From Victivallales bacterium (GTDB lineage Bacteria; Verrucomicrobiota; Lentisphaeria; Victivallales; GWF2-38-69), in assembly GCA_965228125.1 (NCBI GenBank), contig OZ245791.1, positions 385,596 to 449,595 on the forward strand: DNA of 64,000 nt, read 5' to 3'. Under the pieces are notes generated by a model. The model worked only from the letters and a program-made list of their open reading frames with translations, ran no database searches and was not told the DNA's origin. A program made the translations under genes and the position numbers. Below, one piece after another: positions 17,169 through 27,734 of the stretch. Positions within the stretch are counted from its first letter, which is position 1; each line of letters starts with the position of its first letter.

Positions 17169-19295
17169 ATGTCAGGAAATATCAATGACTGGAAAATAGA
17201 AGCTGAAAAACAAATGAAGGGAAAGCCGGCAACATCCCTTGACTGGGAGAGTCCGGAAAACATTAAAATTAAACCTCTTTATACAGCCGAGGATTTAGAG
17301 TCGTTGGAAACTCTTAGTTCATTCCCTGGCCTTCCTCCTTTCACAAGAGGCCCCTACCCGACAATGTACGCCGCAAGGCCTTGGACAATTCGTCAGTATG
17401 CCGGTTTTTCTACAGCTAAAGAGTCAAATGAATTTTACAGAAAGAACCTAGCCGCAGGTCAAATGGGACTGTCTGTAGCATTTGACCTTGCTACACATAG
17501 GGGATATGACTCGGACAACCCGCGTGTGGCTGGAGATGTAGGTAAAGCTGGCGTGGCAATCGATAGCGTAGAGGACATGAAAATATTATTCGACCAAATC
17601 CCTCTTGACAAGATGTCGGTATCCATGACAATGAACGGCGCTGTTCTTCCTATTTTAGCTAATTACATAGTAGCCGCCGAAGAACAGGGAGTTAAACAGG
17701 AAGCGCTCGCTGGTACTATCCAAAATGATATTCTCAAGGAATATTTGACTCGTAATACTTATATCTATCCTCCGACTCCTTCAATGAGAATAATTTCTGA
17801 CATCATAGGATACTGCTCAAAAAATATGCCAAAGTACAACACTATCAGCATAAGCGGCTACCACATGATGGAAGCCGGAGCTAATTCTGTAATGCAAACT
17901 GCATTCACAATCGCTGACGGTGTCGAATATATTAAATCTGCACTGCGTGCAGGACAGAGCATAGACGATTTCGGGCAAAGACTCTCTTTCTTCTTCGGAA
18001 TAGGAATGAATTTCTTCATGAATATAGCGATGCTCCGCGCCGCAAGGTTTTTGTGGTTTGAGGAAACCCAGAAGTTTAATCCGAAAAATACTAAATCATG
18101 TATGCTTAGGACTCATTGCCAGACCTCAGGATGGAGTTTGACCGAACAGGACCCATACAATAATATAATCAGAACCACTATTGAATGTATGGCAGCTGTA
18201 CTTGGCGGGACACAATCCCTTCATACTAATTCCTATGACGAAGCTATCGGGCTGCCAACTGAATTCTCAGCAAGAATAGCCAGAAACACCCAGATAGTAG
18301 TTCAGGAAGAGTCTCAGATATGCCGCGTAATTGACCCAATGGGTGGAAGTTATTATGTCGAGAGCCTTACCAACTCTATTATACAGGAATCCAGAAAAAT
18401 CCTTAAGGAAATAGAATCTCTCGGCGGCATGGCTAAAGCTATAGAATCAGGGCTTCCAAAGAAGATGATAGAAGAAGCCGCTGCCAGAACTCAGGCTAGG
18501 ATCGAAAGAGGTGAAGAAGTCATCGTCGGCGTTAATAAATACAAATTAAAAACCGAAACAGAAGTGCCTGTTCTTGAAATATCGGACAGCATCAGAATCG
18601 AACAAATCGAGTCCCTCAAAAAACTCAAGGCTTCGAGAAATAATGAATTAGTAAAAAAGACTCTTGCAGACCTTACAAACGCCGCTGAAAAAGGTGCAAA
18701 CCTTCTTGAAGCAACCATTCCGGCAGTAAGAGCCAGAGCAACTGTAGGAGAAATAAGTGACGCTATGGAAAAAGTTTTCGGGAGATATAAGGCTAAAACA
18801 GAATTGATCACGGGCATCTATTCTTCAGAATACAAAACAGGCAAACACGACGAGTTTGACTCCACTAGGACAAGAACTGATAATTTCGCAGCAAAACATG
18901 GAAGAAGGCCTAGGATCCTTGTCGCAAAAATCGGTCAGGACGGACATGACAGAGGAAGCAAGGTTATTGCTACTGCTTTTGCAGATTTGGGTTTCGATGT
19001 CGATTTAAGCCCAATGTTCGTTACTCCTGAAGAAGCAGCAAAGATGGCAGTGGAAAACGATGTACATGCAATAGGGGCCTCTTCCTTGGCAGCAGGGCAT
19101 AAATACATTGTTCCTACCCTGATTTCGGAACTAAAAAAACTCGGTTGCCCCGAAATAAAAGTCTTTATCGGTGGAGTAATCCCAAGACAGGATTATGAAG
19201 AGCTTTATAACGATGGAGCCGTCGGGGTGTTCGGTCCCGGCTCCAACATTGTAGAATGCGCAAATAAAGTATTAGACGAATTGGAAAAAAACTAA
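17169..19295 (+). CDS. scpA: Methylmalonyl-CoA mutase, single-chain (catalytic plus B12-binding domains)
   Basis: 708 aa. [18 protein letters not shown] and C-terminal B12 motif [11 protein letters not shown]. Confidence 0.9.
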   Translation: MSGNINDWKIEAEKQMKGKPATSLDWESPENIKIKPLYTAEDLESLETLSSFPGLPPFTRGPYPTMYAARPWTIRQYAGFSTAKESNEFYRKNLAAGQMGLSVAFDLATHRGYDSDNPRVAGDVGKAGVAIDSVEDMKILFDQIPLDKMSVSMTMNGAVLPILANYIVAAEEQGVKQEALAGTIQNDILKEYLTRNTYIYPPTPSMRIISDIIGYCSKNMPKYNTISISGYHMMEAGANSVMQTAFTIADGVEYIKSALRAGQSIDDFGQRLSFFFGIGMNFFMNIAMLRAARFLWFEETQKFNPKNTKSCMLRTHCQTSGWSLTEQDPYNNIIRTTIECMAAVLGGTQSLHTNSYDEAIGLPTEFSARIARNTQIVVQEESQICRVIDPMGGSYYVESLTNSIIQESRKILKEIESLGGMAKAIESGLPKKMIEEAAARTQARIERGEEVIVGVNKYKLKTETEVPVLEISDSIRIEQIESLKKLKASRNNELVKKTLADLTNAAEKGANLLEATIPAVRARATVGEISDAMEKVFGRYKAKTELITGIYSSEYKTGKHDEFDSTRTRTDNFAAKHGRRPRILVAKIGQDGHDRGSKVIATAFADLGFDVDLSPMFVTPEEAAKMAVENDVHAIGASSLAAGHKYIVPTLISELKKLGCPEIKVFIGGVIPRQDYEELYNDGAVGVFGPGSNIVECANKVLDELEKN

Positions 19296-19311
19296 AATTA
19301 CGGAGATTTTT

Positions 19312-20091
19312 ATGTCCCTTGTAATAAAAGAGATTGATGGTTGTGTCGGAACAATCACGTTAAATGACTCCAAAAGGCTTAATTCACTAAGCACTGAAAT
19401 AATTGGAGAAGTCATAACAGCTCTCAAAGAATTCAAAATCCAAAAACTCAGGTCTGTCGTAATCAAAGCCCCGAAAGGAGCAAAGGTTTTCTCAGCGGGA
19501 CACAATGTCAGAGAACTTCCTATGGGAATTACCGATCCTCTTACCTATAATGATCCTTTGAGAAGGGTCATAAGAGCTATTCAAAAACACCCCTGCCCTG
19601 TAATAGCTATGATAGAAGGCAGTGTGTGGGGCGGAGCATGCGAAATGGTTATGAGCTGTGATATCCTTATTTCTTCTGATAAGTCTACATTCGCAATTAC
19701 TCCTGCAAAACTCGGAGTCCCATACGATATTGTAGGAGTTCTTAACTTCATGAAAAGCGTCAATCTCCCTCTAATAAAGGAAATTTTATTTACAGCTCAG
19801 CCTATCTCTGCTCAGAGAGCCGTTTCAATTGGAATGATCAACCATGCTGTACCGGATGAAGAACTAGAAAAATTTACAAATGATATGGTAGGTATAATAG
19901 TTAAGAACGCTCCTCTTGCTATATCAGTCATAAAAGAAGAATTGAGAGTGCTTTCCAACGCCACACAATTAACTCCAAATGCATTTGAAAAAATTCAGGC
20001 AGGGCGCAGGCATGTTTATAACAGTTCTGATTATAAAGAGGGGCTGCAAGCATTTTTCGAAAAAAGAAGGCCAGTTTTCAAAGGCGAATGA
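19312..20091 (+). CDS. scpB: Biotin-independent methylmalonyl-CoA decarboxylase (crotonase family, YgfG/ScpB-like)
   Basis: 259 aa. KVFSAGHNVRELP, EGSVWGGACEM, APLAISVIKEELRVL and FFEKRRPVFKG track E. coli YgfG as I recall it. Confidence 0.8.
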   Translation: MSLVIKEIDGCVGTITLNDSKRLNSLSTEIIGEVITALKEFKIQKLRSVVIKAPKGAKVFSAGHNVRELPMGITDPLTYNDPLRRVIRAIQKHPCPVIAMIEGSVWGGACEMVMSCDILISSDKSTFAITPAKLGVPYDIVGVLNFMKSVNLPLIKEILFTAQPISAQRAVSIGMINHAVPDEELEKFTNDMVGIIVKNAPLAISVIKEELRVLSNATQLTPNAFEKIQAGRRHVYNSSDYKEGLQAFFEKRRPVFKGE

Positions 20092-20208
20092 GACTCTCTC
20101 AAAATACAAGCTATTGAATGTTTAGAGATGCAGAGTGTACAGGGCAAAATCACTAAATTTGGAATCATTCAGTAGCAATTGAGCGAATTTCATTTATGGT
20201 GTCATAAT

Positions 20209-20754
20209 ATGAAAATTATCGAAGGCAAACTTAAAGGCATTCTTATAATAGAACCCGATGTCTTTGCAGACAATCGAGGTTTTTTCCTAGAAAGTTACAG
20301 CAAAAAAAAATATCAAGAACTTGGAATAAAATGCGAGTTCGTACAAGACAACCATTCCGCTTCAACTAAAGGCACGTTGCGGGGAGTGCACTGGCAGCTA
20401 AATCCAGGACAAGCCAAATTAGTCAGGGTCACGCTTGGCGAAGTTTTTGATGTAGTCGTGGATATTAGAAGGGACTCGCCAACATTCGGCAAATGGGAAG
20501 GATTCAATTTAAGTGCCGAGAACAAAAAACAACTTTTCGTACCTGTCGGATTCGCTCACAGTTTCTGCGTGTTAAGTGAAAAAGCAGAGTTCATTTATAA
20601 GTGTGATACATATTATTCACCAAAAGATGAACGTGGATTTATGTGGAATGACCCCACTATCGGCATTAAATGGCCTATCAACTCCCCTGTACTCTCTCAG
20701 AGAGATTTAAAACAGCCTTTTTTTAGTAAAATCTCTCCCTCAGACCTTTTTTGA
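20209..20754 (+). CDS. rfbC: dTDP-4-dehydrorhamnose 3,5-epimerase
   Basis: DNRGFFLESY, QDNHSAS.KGTLRGVHWQ and FVPVGFAHSF motifs. I prefer the ATG at 20209 over the TTG at 20179. Confidence 0.9.
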   Translation: MKIIEGKLKGILIIEPDVFADNRGFFLESYSKKKYQELGIKCEFVQDNHSASTKGTLRGVHWQLNPGQAKLVRVTLGEVFDVVVDIRRDSPTFGKWEGFNLSAENKKQLFVPVGFAHSFCVLSEKAEFIYKCDTYYSPKDERGFMWNDPTIGIKWPINSPVLSQRDLKQPFFSKISPSDLF

Positions 20755-20775
20755 AATAAAAAACGTTTTTGCTTT

Positions 20776-20803
20776 TTGAATTACTTCTTTATACTACTAT
20801 AAT
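20776..20803 (+). promoter_or_regulatory. Candidate sigma70-type promoter of the EF-G-like gene
   Basis: TTGAAT, 16-nt spacer, TATAAT, about 60 nt upstream of the ATG at 20864. Confidence 0.35.
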
Positions 20804-20863
20804 TACAAATTTAGTGTTTTATAAATATTAACAAAAATAAACTTCTTGGAGAAACCAATTGCT

Positions 20864-22876
20864 ATGACTATTTCAGCAGCCAGCGTTAGAAATTTTTCAG
20901 TATCAGGACATTTGCGCTCAGGAAAAACTTCACTTTGCGATTTGATCCTGTTCAAATCCGGTAAGGTTGACAGACTGGGAAAAGTCACCGACAAAACAAG
21001 CATATCTGACTATACTCCTGAGGAACAACTCAAACTCAGCAGTATCTATTCGACAGTACTTAACTGCAAATGGAAAGATATTTGTTTCTTCTTCATGGAT
21101 ACTCCAGGCTATGGAGAGTTCATAGCCGAGCCTATTACAGCGATTGCCAATTCTGATATGAACATTATTGTCGTTGATGCTGTTGACGGCGTCCAAGTTG
21201 GCACGAACCGCTCATGGAAAATAGCTAAAAACAACAAACTTCCTGTCGCTTTCTTCATCAATGGCCTTGACAAAGATATGGCTGATTTCGACAAGGTGCT
21301 TTCTCAGATCCAGGAAAGTTTCGGAAAAACTGTCTGTGTCCCTGTAGTCATTCCTGATTCCAGCGGAGCTTCTTTTTCCTCCGTATTCAATATTCTTAAA
21401 ACACAAAATCCGACCGGCGATGCAAAAAGCTATCTGGAAAAAATTACTGATTCCGTTGCTGAATCTGATGAAGAATTAATGATGAAATATTTGGACGGCA
21501 CAAAATTAACCGATGAAGAAATTTCGAGCGGCCTCAAAAAAGCAATTCAGGCAGGTTCATTCGTTCCTGTATTTGCCGGCAGTGCCGCAAAAGATATCGG
21601 AGTAGAAGACCTTCTCAACGGAATGGTCGATTTAATGCCCAGTCCTCTTTCCAGAACCCTGACAGATAAAGATGACAATAAAATAGTTGTCTCTGAAAAT
21701 GGTACAGGGATAGCAAAAGTATTCAAAACTACCAACGATGCATTTCTTGGGCAGTTAGTATTCTTTAGAGTTTACAGCGGCACATTTAACTCAGACACAG
21801 AAGTTGTTAATGTTTCGAAAAATACAAAAGAAAGATTCGGCACGATACTTCTGGTAAACGGCAAAACTCAGGAAAAAGTCACTTCAGCAGTTCCTGGCAT
21901 GATCGGCGCTATGGTAAAGCTGAAAAACACCTTGCTTGATAACACATTGGGAAGTGCTTCTTCCGCTCCAGAGCTTCCGAACATGAACTTCCCTACCCCA
22001 GTGATGTCCTATGCTCTTACAGCAGTTAAAAGCGGCGAAGAAGACAAAATTGCATCCGGTCTAAATAAATTGTCTGCCAATGATCCTACTCTTAAATTGG
22101 AAAGGCATCCTGAGACCCATGAAATGCTCTTATCAGGAATGGGCGATCAGCATCTCTCTCTAGCTATTAAAAAACTAAAGGAAGACAGTAAAGTTGACGT
22201 AAATATAGCAAACCCAAAGATTCCTTATAGAGAAACTGTTACAGCTCTTGGAGAAGGACACTACAGACACAAGAAACAGTCTGGTGGACACGGACAGTTT
22301 GCTGAAGTTTACCTTAAAGTTTCTCCGAATGCCGAAGGTTATGCATTTGTCAACGACATAGTAGGAGGAAGCATCCCTAGAAACTTCATTCCGGCTGTAG
22401 AAAAGGGTGTGCTCGAAGCAATGGTGGACGGACCTCTTGCAGGATGCAATGTTGAGAATGTAAAAGTCTCTGTTTACGATGGAAAATTCCATGATGTTGA
22501 CTCTTCTGAAATGGCATTCAAAATTGCGTCAAGAGCAGCTTTCAGGGATGCAGTTGAAAAAGCAAAACCTATCCTGCTCGAGCCTATTCAAAACGTCAGA
22601 ATTTTTATACCTGACAAGTATATGGGAGACATAAGCGGCGACCTCAATCAAAAACGCGGACGCATTCTCGGAATGGAAGTTGAAGAAGGCATTCAGATAG
22701 TAAAAGCTGAAGTTCCATTGGCTGAACTTGCTAAATATGCTACCGAATTAAGAAGTATTACTCAAGGTAATGGTTCGTTCGAAATGAGTTTTGCCAGATA
22801 CGAAATGGTGCCTTCCAATGTAGCCAAGGAAATCATAGACAAACATAAGAAAGAACTTGAGGCTGAAAAAGAATAA
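20864..22876 (+). CDS. Elongation factor G paralog with degenerate GTPase motifs
   Basis: EF-G architecture, including domain IV HRHKKQSGGHGQFAEV. G1 is GHLRSGKTS, G3 is DTPGY (Tyr in place of the catalytic His), and G4 is NGLD (canonical NKxD). Confidence 0.8.
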   Translation: MTISAASVRNFSVSGHLRSGKTSLCDLILFKSGKVDRLGKVTDKTSISDYTPEEQLKLSSIYSTVLNCKWKDICFFFMDTPGYGEFIAEPITAIANSDMNIIVVDAVDGVQVGTNRSWKIAKNNKLPVAFFINGLDKDMADFDKVLSQIQESFGKTVCVPVVIPDSSGASFSSVFNILKTQNPTGDAKSYLEKITDSVAESDEELMMKYLDGTKLTDEEISSGLKKAIQAGSFVPVFAGSAAKDIGVEDLLNGMVDLMPSPLSRTLTDKDDNKIVVSENGTGIAKVFKTTNDAFLGQLVFFRVYSGTFNSDTEVVNVSKNTKERFGTILLVNGKTQEKVTSAVPGMIGAMVKLKNTLLDNTLGSASSAPELPNMNFPTPVMSYALTAVKSGEEDKIASGLNKLSANDPTLKLERHPETHEMLLSGMGDQHLSLAIKKLKEDSKVDVNIANPKIPYRETVTALGEGHYRHKKQSGGHGQFAEVYLKVSPNAEGYAFVNDIVGGSIPRNFIPAVEKGVLEAMVDGPLAGCNVENVKVSVYDGKFHDVDSSEMAFKIASRAAFRDAVEKAKPILLEPIQNVRIFIPDKYMGDISGDLNQKRGRILGMEVEEGIQIVKAEVPLAELAKYATELRSITQGNGSFEMSFARYEMVPSNVAKEIIDKHKKELEAEKE

Positions 22877-22964
22877 TTTTATTTTCCTACAGCACTCTAT
22901 ATTTCAGAGTGCTGAGTATTATTAACAATTAAACACAAACAATCTAAACGGAAAACAACAAACA

Positions 22965-24737
22965 ATGTCACAACAAAACAAACAACAAACCACTAACGAT
23001 CAAAACAATTTACCTCTGCTCCTTGACCTTGACAACATGCCTTCCATGGACTCCCTCCTCAGCGACACGACGAGTTCTATAGGGTATAAAGAAGGCTCCA
23101 TTATCAAAGGCAGAATAGCCGAAAAACGCGACAATGGAATACTCGTTGACATCGGGTGCAAAGCAGAAGGATTCATTTCAAAAGATGAATTCAAGGATTG
23201 GGATTCCATAGCAGTAGACGAAATAATAGATGTTTTTCTCGAACAAATAGAAGACAACAGACATCAACCTGTGTTAAGCATTCAGAAAGCCACCTTCTCT
23301 AAAGACTGGGCAAAAATTACTGAAAACTATAAGGAAGGCAGCATAACAAAGGGAACAATGAAACACCGCGTCAAAGGCGGCATAATCGTTGATGTTGACG
23401 GCATTGAAGCATTCCTGCCTGGTTCGCAAATTGATGTTGCGCCAGTTAAAGACATGGATGCTCTTATTGGCCTCGAGTTTGATTTTAAGATAGTAAAAAT
23501 TAATGAAGAAAGAAAAAATATAGTCGTATCAAGAAGAGAACTGCTTGAAGCAGACAGAGCCGACAAGAGGGCTAATATTCTTAAGAACATTACAAAAGGA
23601 AATGTCTATAAAGGCGTTATCAAGAACATTACAGATTTCGGCGCATTTATTGATATGGGCGGGGTTGATGGACTATTGCATATTACTGATATGTCATGGG
23701 GAAGAATCAATCACCCTTCAGAACTTGTTCAGGTCGGACAGGAAATCGAAGTTGTTGTTCTCGACATTGACTTTACCAAGGAAAGACTTTCTCTTGGGCT
23801 AAAACAAAAATCAAAGAACCCATGGGAAACTGTTGCTGAAAAATATCCTATCGGCACAAAGATTAAGGGTAAAGTTGTCAACATCATGCCTTATGGTGCG
23901 TTTGTTGAAGTGGAAACAGGTATTGAAGGATTGATTCATGTATCTGAAATGTCATGGACTAAGAGAATCAGCAAGCCTACCGAAATGGTAAAATTAGGCG
24001 ATGAAGTCGAAGCCGTTGTTCTTGATATTCAACCTGAAACCAAAAAAATATCGCTTGGGTTGCGTCAGACGACACAAAACCCATGGGAAGTCATAGCTAC
24101 AAAGTATCCGGTTGGAAGCAAAATCAAAGGTAATGTCAGAAATATGACCAGCTACGGCGCATTCATTGAAATCGAAAACGACATCGACGGAATGATACAT
24201 GTATCTGATATGTCTTGGACACGCAAAATAAACAACCCGACTGAAGTGTTGAAAATCGGGGATGAAGTAGAAGCTGTTGTTCTTGCCATAGACATTTCTC
24301 AGCAGAGAATTTCTCTCGGGATGAAACAGCTTGATACTGATCCTTGGCAGGATATCGAAAACATCTACAAAATAGGCGATGTCGTTACGGGCAAAGTTTC
24401 CAAGATTACAGCTTTCGGTGCATTTGTAGAGCTCAGCAACAAAATTGACGGACTTGTCCATGTATCTCAGATTACTGAAGAACATGTGGAAAGAGTCAAA
24501 GACGTACTTGATATCGGGCAGGAAATTAAGGCCAGGGTTATCAAGATAGACAAACCTGAAAGACGAATCGGACTAAGCATTAAGGCAGCCAATAAAGAGC
24601 ATGTCAATGAAGAAGAGCTCAAAGTGGTTGGCGAACAGGTAGCAGAAGCCCTCCGTTCAGGTGAAGCCCTTGTAGGATTCGGCGAAGCTCTTGAAAACTC
24701 AGGGTTCAAAAGCATAGATACTAATTCACAACTCTAA
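22965..24737 (+). CDS. rpsA: 30S ribosomal protein S1
   Basis: 590 aa with six S1 repeats (GxV..I..FGAF(V/I)..G.(D/E)GL(I/L)H(V/I)S). Carries an N-terminal Q/N-rich extension of about 40 aa. Confidence 0.9.
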   Translation: MSQQNKQQTTNDQNNLPLLLDLDNMPSMDSLLSDTTSSIGYKEGSIIKGRIAEKRDNGILVDIGCKAEGFISKDEFKDWDSIAVDEIIDVFLEQIEDNRHQPVLSIQKATFSKDWAKITENYKEGSITKGTMKHRVKGGIIVDVDGIEAFLPGSQIDVAPVKDMDALIGLEFDFKIVKINEERKNIVVSRRELLEADRADKRANILKNITKGNVYKGVIKNITDFGAFIDMGGVDGLLHITDMSWGRINHPSELVQVGQEIEVVVLDIDFTKERLSLGLKQKSKNPWETVAEKYPIGTKIKGKVVNIMPYGAFVEVETGIEGLIHVSEMSWTKRISKPTEMVKLGDEVEAVVLDIQPETKKISLGLRQTTQNPWEVIATKYPVGSKIKGNVRNMTSYGAFIEIENDIDGMIHVSDMSWTRKINNPTEVLKIGDEVEAVVLAIDISQQRISLGMKQLDTDPWQDIENIYKIGDVVTGKVSKITAFGAFVELSNKIDGLVHVSQITEEHVERVKDVLDIGQEIKARVIKIDKPERRIGLSIKAANKEHVNEEELKVVGEQVAEALRSGEALVGFGEALENSGFKSIDTNSQL

Positions 24738-24750
24738 CTTCAAATGAGAG

Positions 24751-24785
24751 ATATTGATGAGGAATTCCTCATCAATATTTTTTTG
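24751..24785 (+). terminator. Intrinsic terminator after rpsA
   Basis: Perfect hairpin ATATTGATGAGG-AATT-CCTCATCAATAT followed by TTTTTTTG. Confidence 0.8.
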
Positions 24786-24819
24786 ACTAAATAATAAAAT
24801 AATATAAAGGTTTTTTACT

Positions 24820-25158
24820 ATGAATTTTTTAACTCTTGCTACAGAAGCCGCTCCTAGCACTGGCGGACTCCAAGGAATGCTCGTAAGTTTCGGTCCATTT
24901 ATTCTTATAATCGTAGTCATGTACTTCCTTCTCTTCAGGTCACAAAGCAAAAAGGCTAAAGAACGCCAGAAGATGCTTGACGCAATTAGAGCTGGAGACA
25001 AAGTTCTCACAGCCGGCGGAGTCATCGGCGTGGTTGCTTCTATTAAAGAAAAAACCATGTCTATCAAAATTGCCGAAAATGTAAAAGTCGAAGTAATGAG
25101 AAGCTCTGTAAACGGCGTACTTGAAAAAGGCGAAGATCAGGGAAAAACTGTAGAATAA
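24820..25158 (+). CDS. yajC: Preprotein translocase subunit YajC
   Basis: 112 aa, single TM. FLLFRSQSKKAKERQKMLDAIRAGDKVLTAGGVIG pattern. Confidence 0.85.
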   Translation: MNFLTLATEAAPSTGGLQGMLVSFGPFILIIVVMYFLLFRSQSKKAKERQKMLDAIRAGDKVLTAGGVIGVVASIKEKTMSIKIAENVKVEVMRSSVNGVLEKGEDQGKTVE

Positions 25159-25177
25159 CTAAAGGCAATTTAACCAA

Positions 25178-27685
25178 ATGAGCAAACCAGTCCTAGCAAG
25201 AATCATAATTGTATTGATCATTATAGCTATTTTCGCATGGTCAATGTTTCCATTGCATCAGCAGAATTTCTATAAGGTTTTAGCATCCCTGTCAAATAAC
25301 AGCCCTGAGATAGTCAAGGTTATTGGCCTCGCTGAGAAAAAGCAAACTCAAGACCCAAATCTTTATCCGTCTGTAGCAGTCGATGAAGCAGCAAAAGAGC
25401 TCAATATTGACATGGCTAACTACCTGAATGTGAAAGATGTTTTAACTAATGCTGATGTACTAAGATTCGTAAGATCTAAATGCGCCAGCTCTATTAAGCT
25501 GGGACTGGATTTAAATGGTGGAACAGAATTTGATGTGAGCGTTGTACCCAACAAAGCTACAACAGACTCTGAAAAAGCCTCTCTTAAAGATGTTTCCATA
25601 CCTCAACTAAGAGACAGAGTTATGGAAATTCTCAGAAACAGGATAAACAAATCGGGTTTAGTGGAGCCGGAAATAGCCGCTGAAGGAACAAACAGGATAT
25701 CCATAAAAATACCTGTTTCCACAGAAGAGCAAAAAAAAGAATACATGAAGTTAATTCAGATGTCTGCTCGTCTGGAATTCAGGCTTGTGGCAGCTAATAA
25801 CGAGCAGTTGGTTTCTCAGTATGAAGCTGCTCCCCAAAACTTTGTACCCCCTGTTGGTGTCGAAAAAATGACAATGGTCACTTCTGACAGATTCGGGAAA
25901 AAGAGGACTGATACGGTATTTGTTCAGATTCACCCCGAAATGTCAGGAACTAATATTGTCAACGCATTTGTAACGGCCGATCAATACGGGCAGAGACAGA
26001 TTGCCTTGGAATTTAACACTGCCGGAGCCGCAGAGTTCGGCAAAGTCACAAGCGCCAATGTCGGCAGAAGACTAGCTATAGTCCTTGACGGCACGTTGTA
26101 TAGCGCGCCTACCATACAAAGCGCAATATATGGAGGGAATGCTTCGATTACTGGTGACTTCTCACAGGAAGAAGCCCAGAATGTAGCTACAGCCTTAGCT
26201 TGCGGCAACTTGCCGGCTACTATTAGAATTGACTCTACTTTCGACACGGCCCCTACACTAGGCAGAGAAGCAGTAAACAGCGGAATGATAGCTGGGATAT
26301 GCGGTCTAATTGCCATCGCCCTTTTCATGCTCATTTATTATATGAAAGCAGGGCTGGTAGCCAACGTTGCTCTAGTTGTTAATGTGATATTAATAATGGG
26401 AGCTATGGCTTCACTGGGTGCTACTCTTACCCTTCCTGGTATCGCAGGAATAATCCTGACAATGGGTATGGCTGTAGATGCTAATGTCCTTATATTTGAA
26501 CGAATTAGAGAAGAAATTGAGTCGAAGAAAACTCTTCTTAATGCCATAGATATAGGCTATAAAAGAGCCTTTGCTACAATCCTTGACTCAAATATTACTA
26601 CTTTGATAGTAGCTTTGGTACTTTATTGGCAGGGAACCGGTGCAGTAAAAGGTTTCGGTGCCACACTAAGCATAGGTATAGTTTGCAGTATATTCACTGC
26701 AGTCTTTGTGACCAGGCTCATCTTTGATATATATAACAAGTATTTCCATATCAAAGGATTGAGAATGTTAAGAATCTTCCATAATGTCAGAATAAAATTC
26801 TTGTCTCTATGGAAATACTGCATCACGATTTCCGCAGTCCTAATGATTGCGTCTGTTGTAATTGGCGTAGTAAGACATAGTTCTATGTTAAGTGTAGATT
26901 TCACTGGTGGAACTCAAATTATTATCAATTTTCAGAATTATGTCTCTCCTAGCAATGTAAAAAGTGCACTGGAAAAAGCCGGCTATGACGCTTCTATTTC
27001 TTATAAATATTCTCCTGTAGAAGGTAATAAACTTGAATTATTACTCAATAACAAAAATCAGGATACAGTTAAACAAAGCGGTGAGATGGCTAAAATAACA
27101 AATCTTCTAAATAAAGCATTTCCAAATGCCCAATATACAGATGGAACTGAAACTTCCATTGGAGGGTTTGTAGGCGCTGAATTTACTAAGTCTGCGATAA
27201 TTGCAACAATCATTTCTCTAATAGGCATACTCATCTATGTCACGTTGCGCTTCGAGTTCACTTATTCCATTTCCGCAATAATAGCACTTTTGCACGACCT
27301 TATTATTGGAACTGGAGTGCTTCTAGCATTTGATAGGCAAATAACCCTTACAGTTATTGCTGCGTTGCTTACAGTTGCAGGGTATTCAGTCAATGATACA
27401 ATTATCGTATTTGACAGAATAAGGGAAAATCTCAAGCTCCGCAAGGATATAAGTTATCGTGAAATAATAGATTTGAGTATTAACCAGACATTAAGCAGAA
27501 CAGTTATTACGTCTTTCCTGACATTTTTGGTAGTAGTCATGCTTTACTTCTTCGGAGGTGTGAGCATCAATAGTTTTGCGCTTGTAATGATGGCTGGAAT
27601 AATAGTGGGAACTTACTCCTCAATATTTGTGGCCTCCCCGTTAATCGCCTACTGGCATAAAAAAATAGCGGGAATCAGAGACTAA
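25178..27685 (+). CDS. secDF: Fused protein-export membrane protein SecDF
   Basis: 835 aa. SecD region LGLDLNGG and GIILTMGMAVDANVLIFERIREE, plus SecF region GYSVNDTIIVFDRIREN. Confidence 0.9.
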   Translation: MSKPVLARIIIVLIIIAIFAWSMFPLHQQNFYKVLASLSNNSPEIVKVIGLAEKKQTQDPNLYPSVAVDEAAKELNIDMANYLNVKDVLTNADVLRFVRSKCASSIKLGLDLNGGTEFDVSVVPNKATTDSEKASLKDVSIPQLRDRVMEILRNRINKSGLVEPEIAAEGTNRISIKIPVSTEEQKKEYMKLIQMSARLEFRLVAANNEQLVSQYEAAPQNFVPPVGVEKMTMVTSDRFGKKRTDTVFVQIHPEMSGTNIVNAFVTADQYGQRQIALEFNTAGAAEFGKVTSANVGRRLAIVLDGTLYSAPTIQSAIYGGNASITGDFSQEEAQNVATALACGNLPATIRIDSTFDTAPTLGREAVNSGMIAGICGLIAIALFMLIYYMKAGLVANVALVVNVILIMGAMASLGATLTLPGIAGIILTMGMAVDANVLIFERIREEIESKKTLLNAIDIGYKRAFATILDSNITTLIVALVLYWQGTGAVKGFGATLSIGIVCSIFTAVFVTRLIFDIYNKYFHIKGLRMLRIFHNVRIKFLSLWKYCITISAVLMIASVVIGVVRHSSMLSVDFTGGTQIIINFQNYVSPSNVKSALEKAGYDASISYKYSPVEGNKLELLLNNKNQDTVKQSGEMAKITNLLNKAFPNAQYTDGTETSIGGFVGAEFTKSAIIATIISLIGILIYVTLRFEFTYSISAIIALLHDLIIGTGVLLAFDRQITLTVIAALLTVAGYSVNDTIIVFDRIRENLKLRKDISYREIIDLSINQTLSRTVITSFLTFLVVVMLYFFGGVSINSFALVMMAGIIVGTYSSIFVASPLIAYWHKKIAGIRD

Positions 27686-27698
27686 TTATCACTCCAAT

Positions 27699-27730
27699 AG
27701 CCCGATTAAATTTCGGGCTTTTATTTTTTT
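27699..27730 (+). terminator. Intrinsic terminator after secDF
   Basis: AGCCCGA-ttaaatt-TCGGGCT followed by TTTATTTTTTT. Confidence 0.75.
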
Positions 27731-27734
27731 GACT

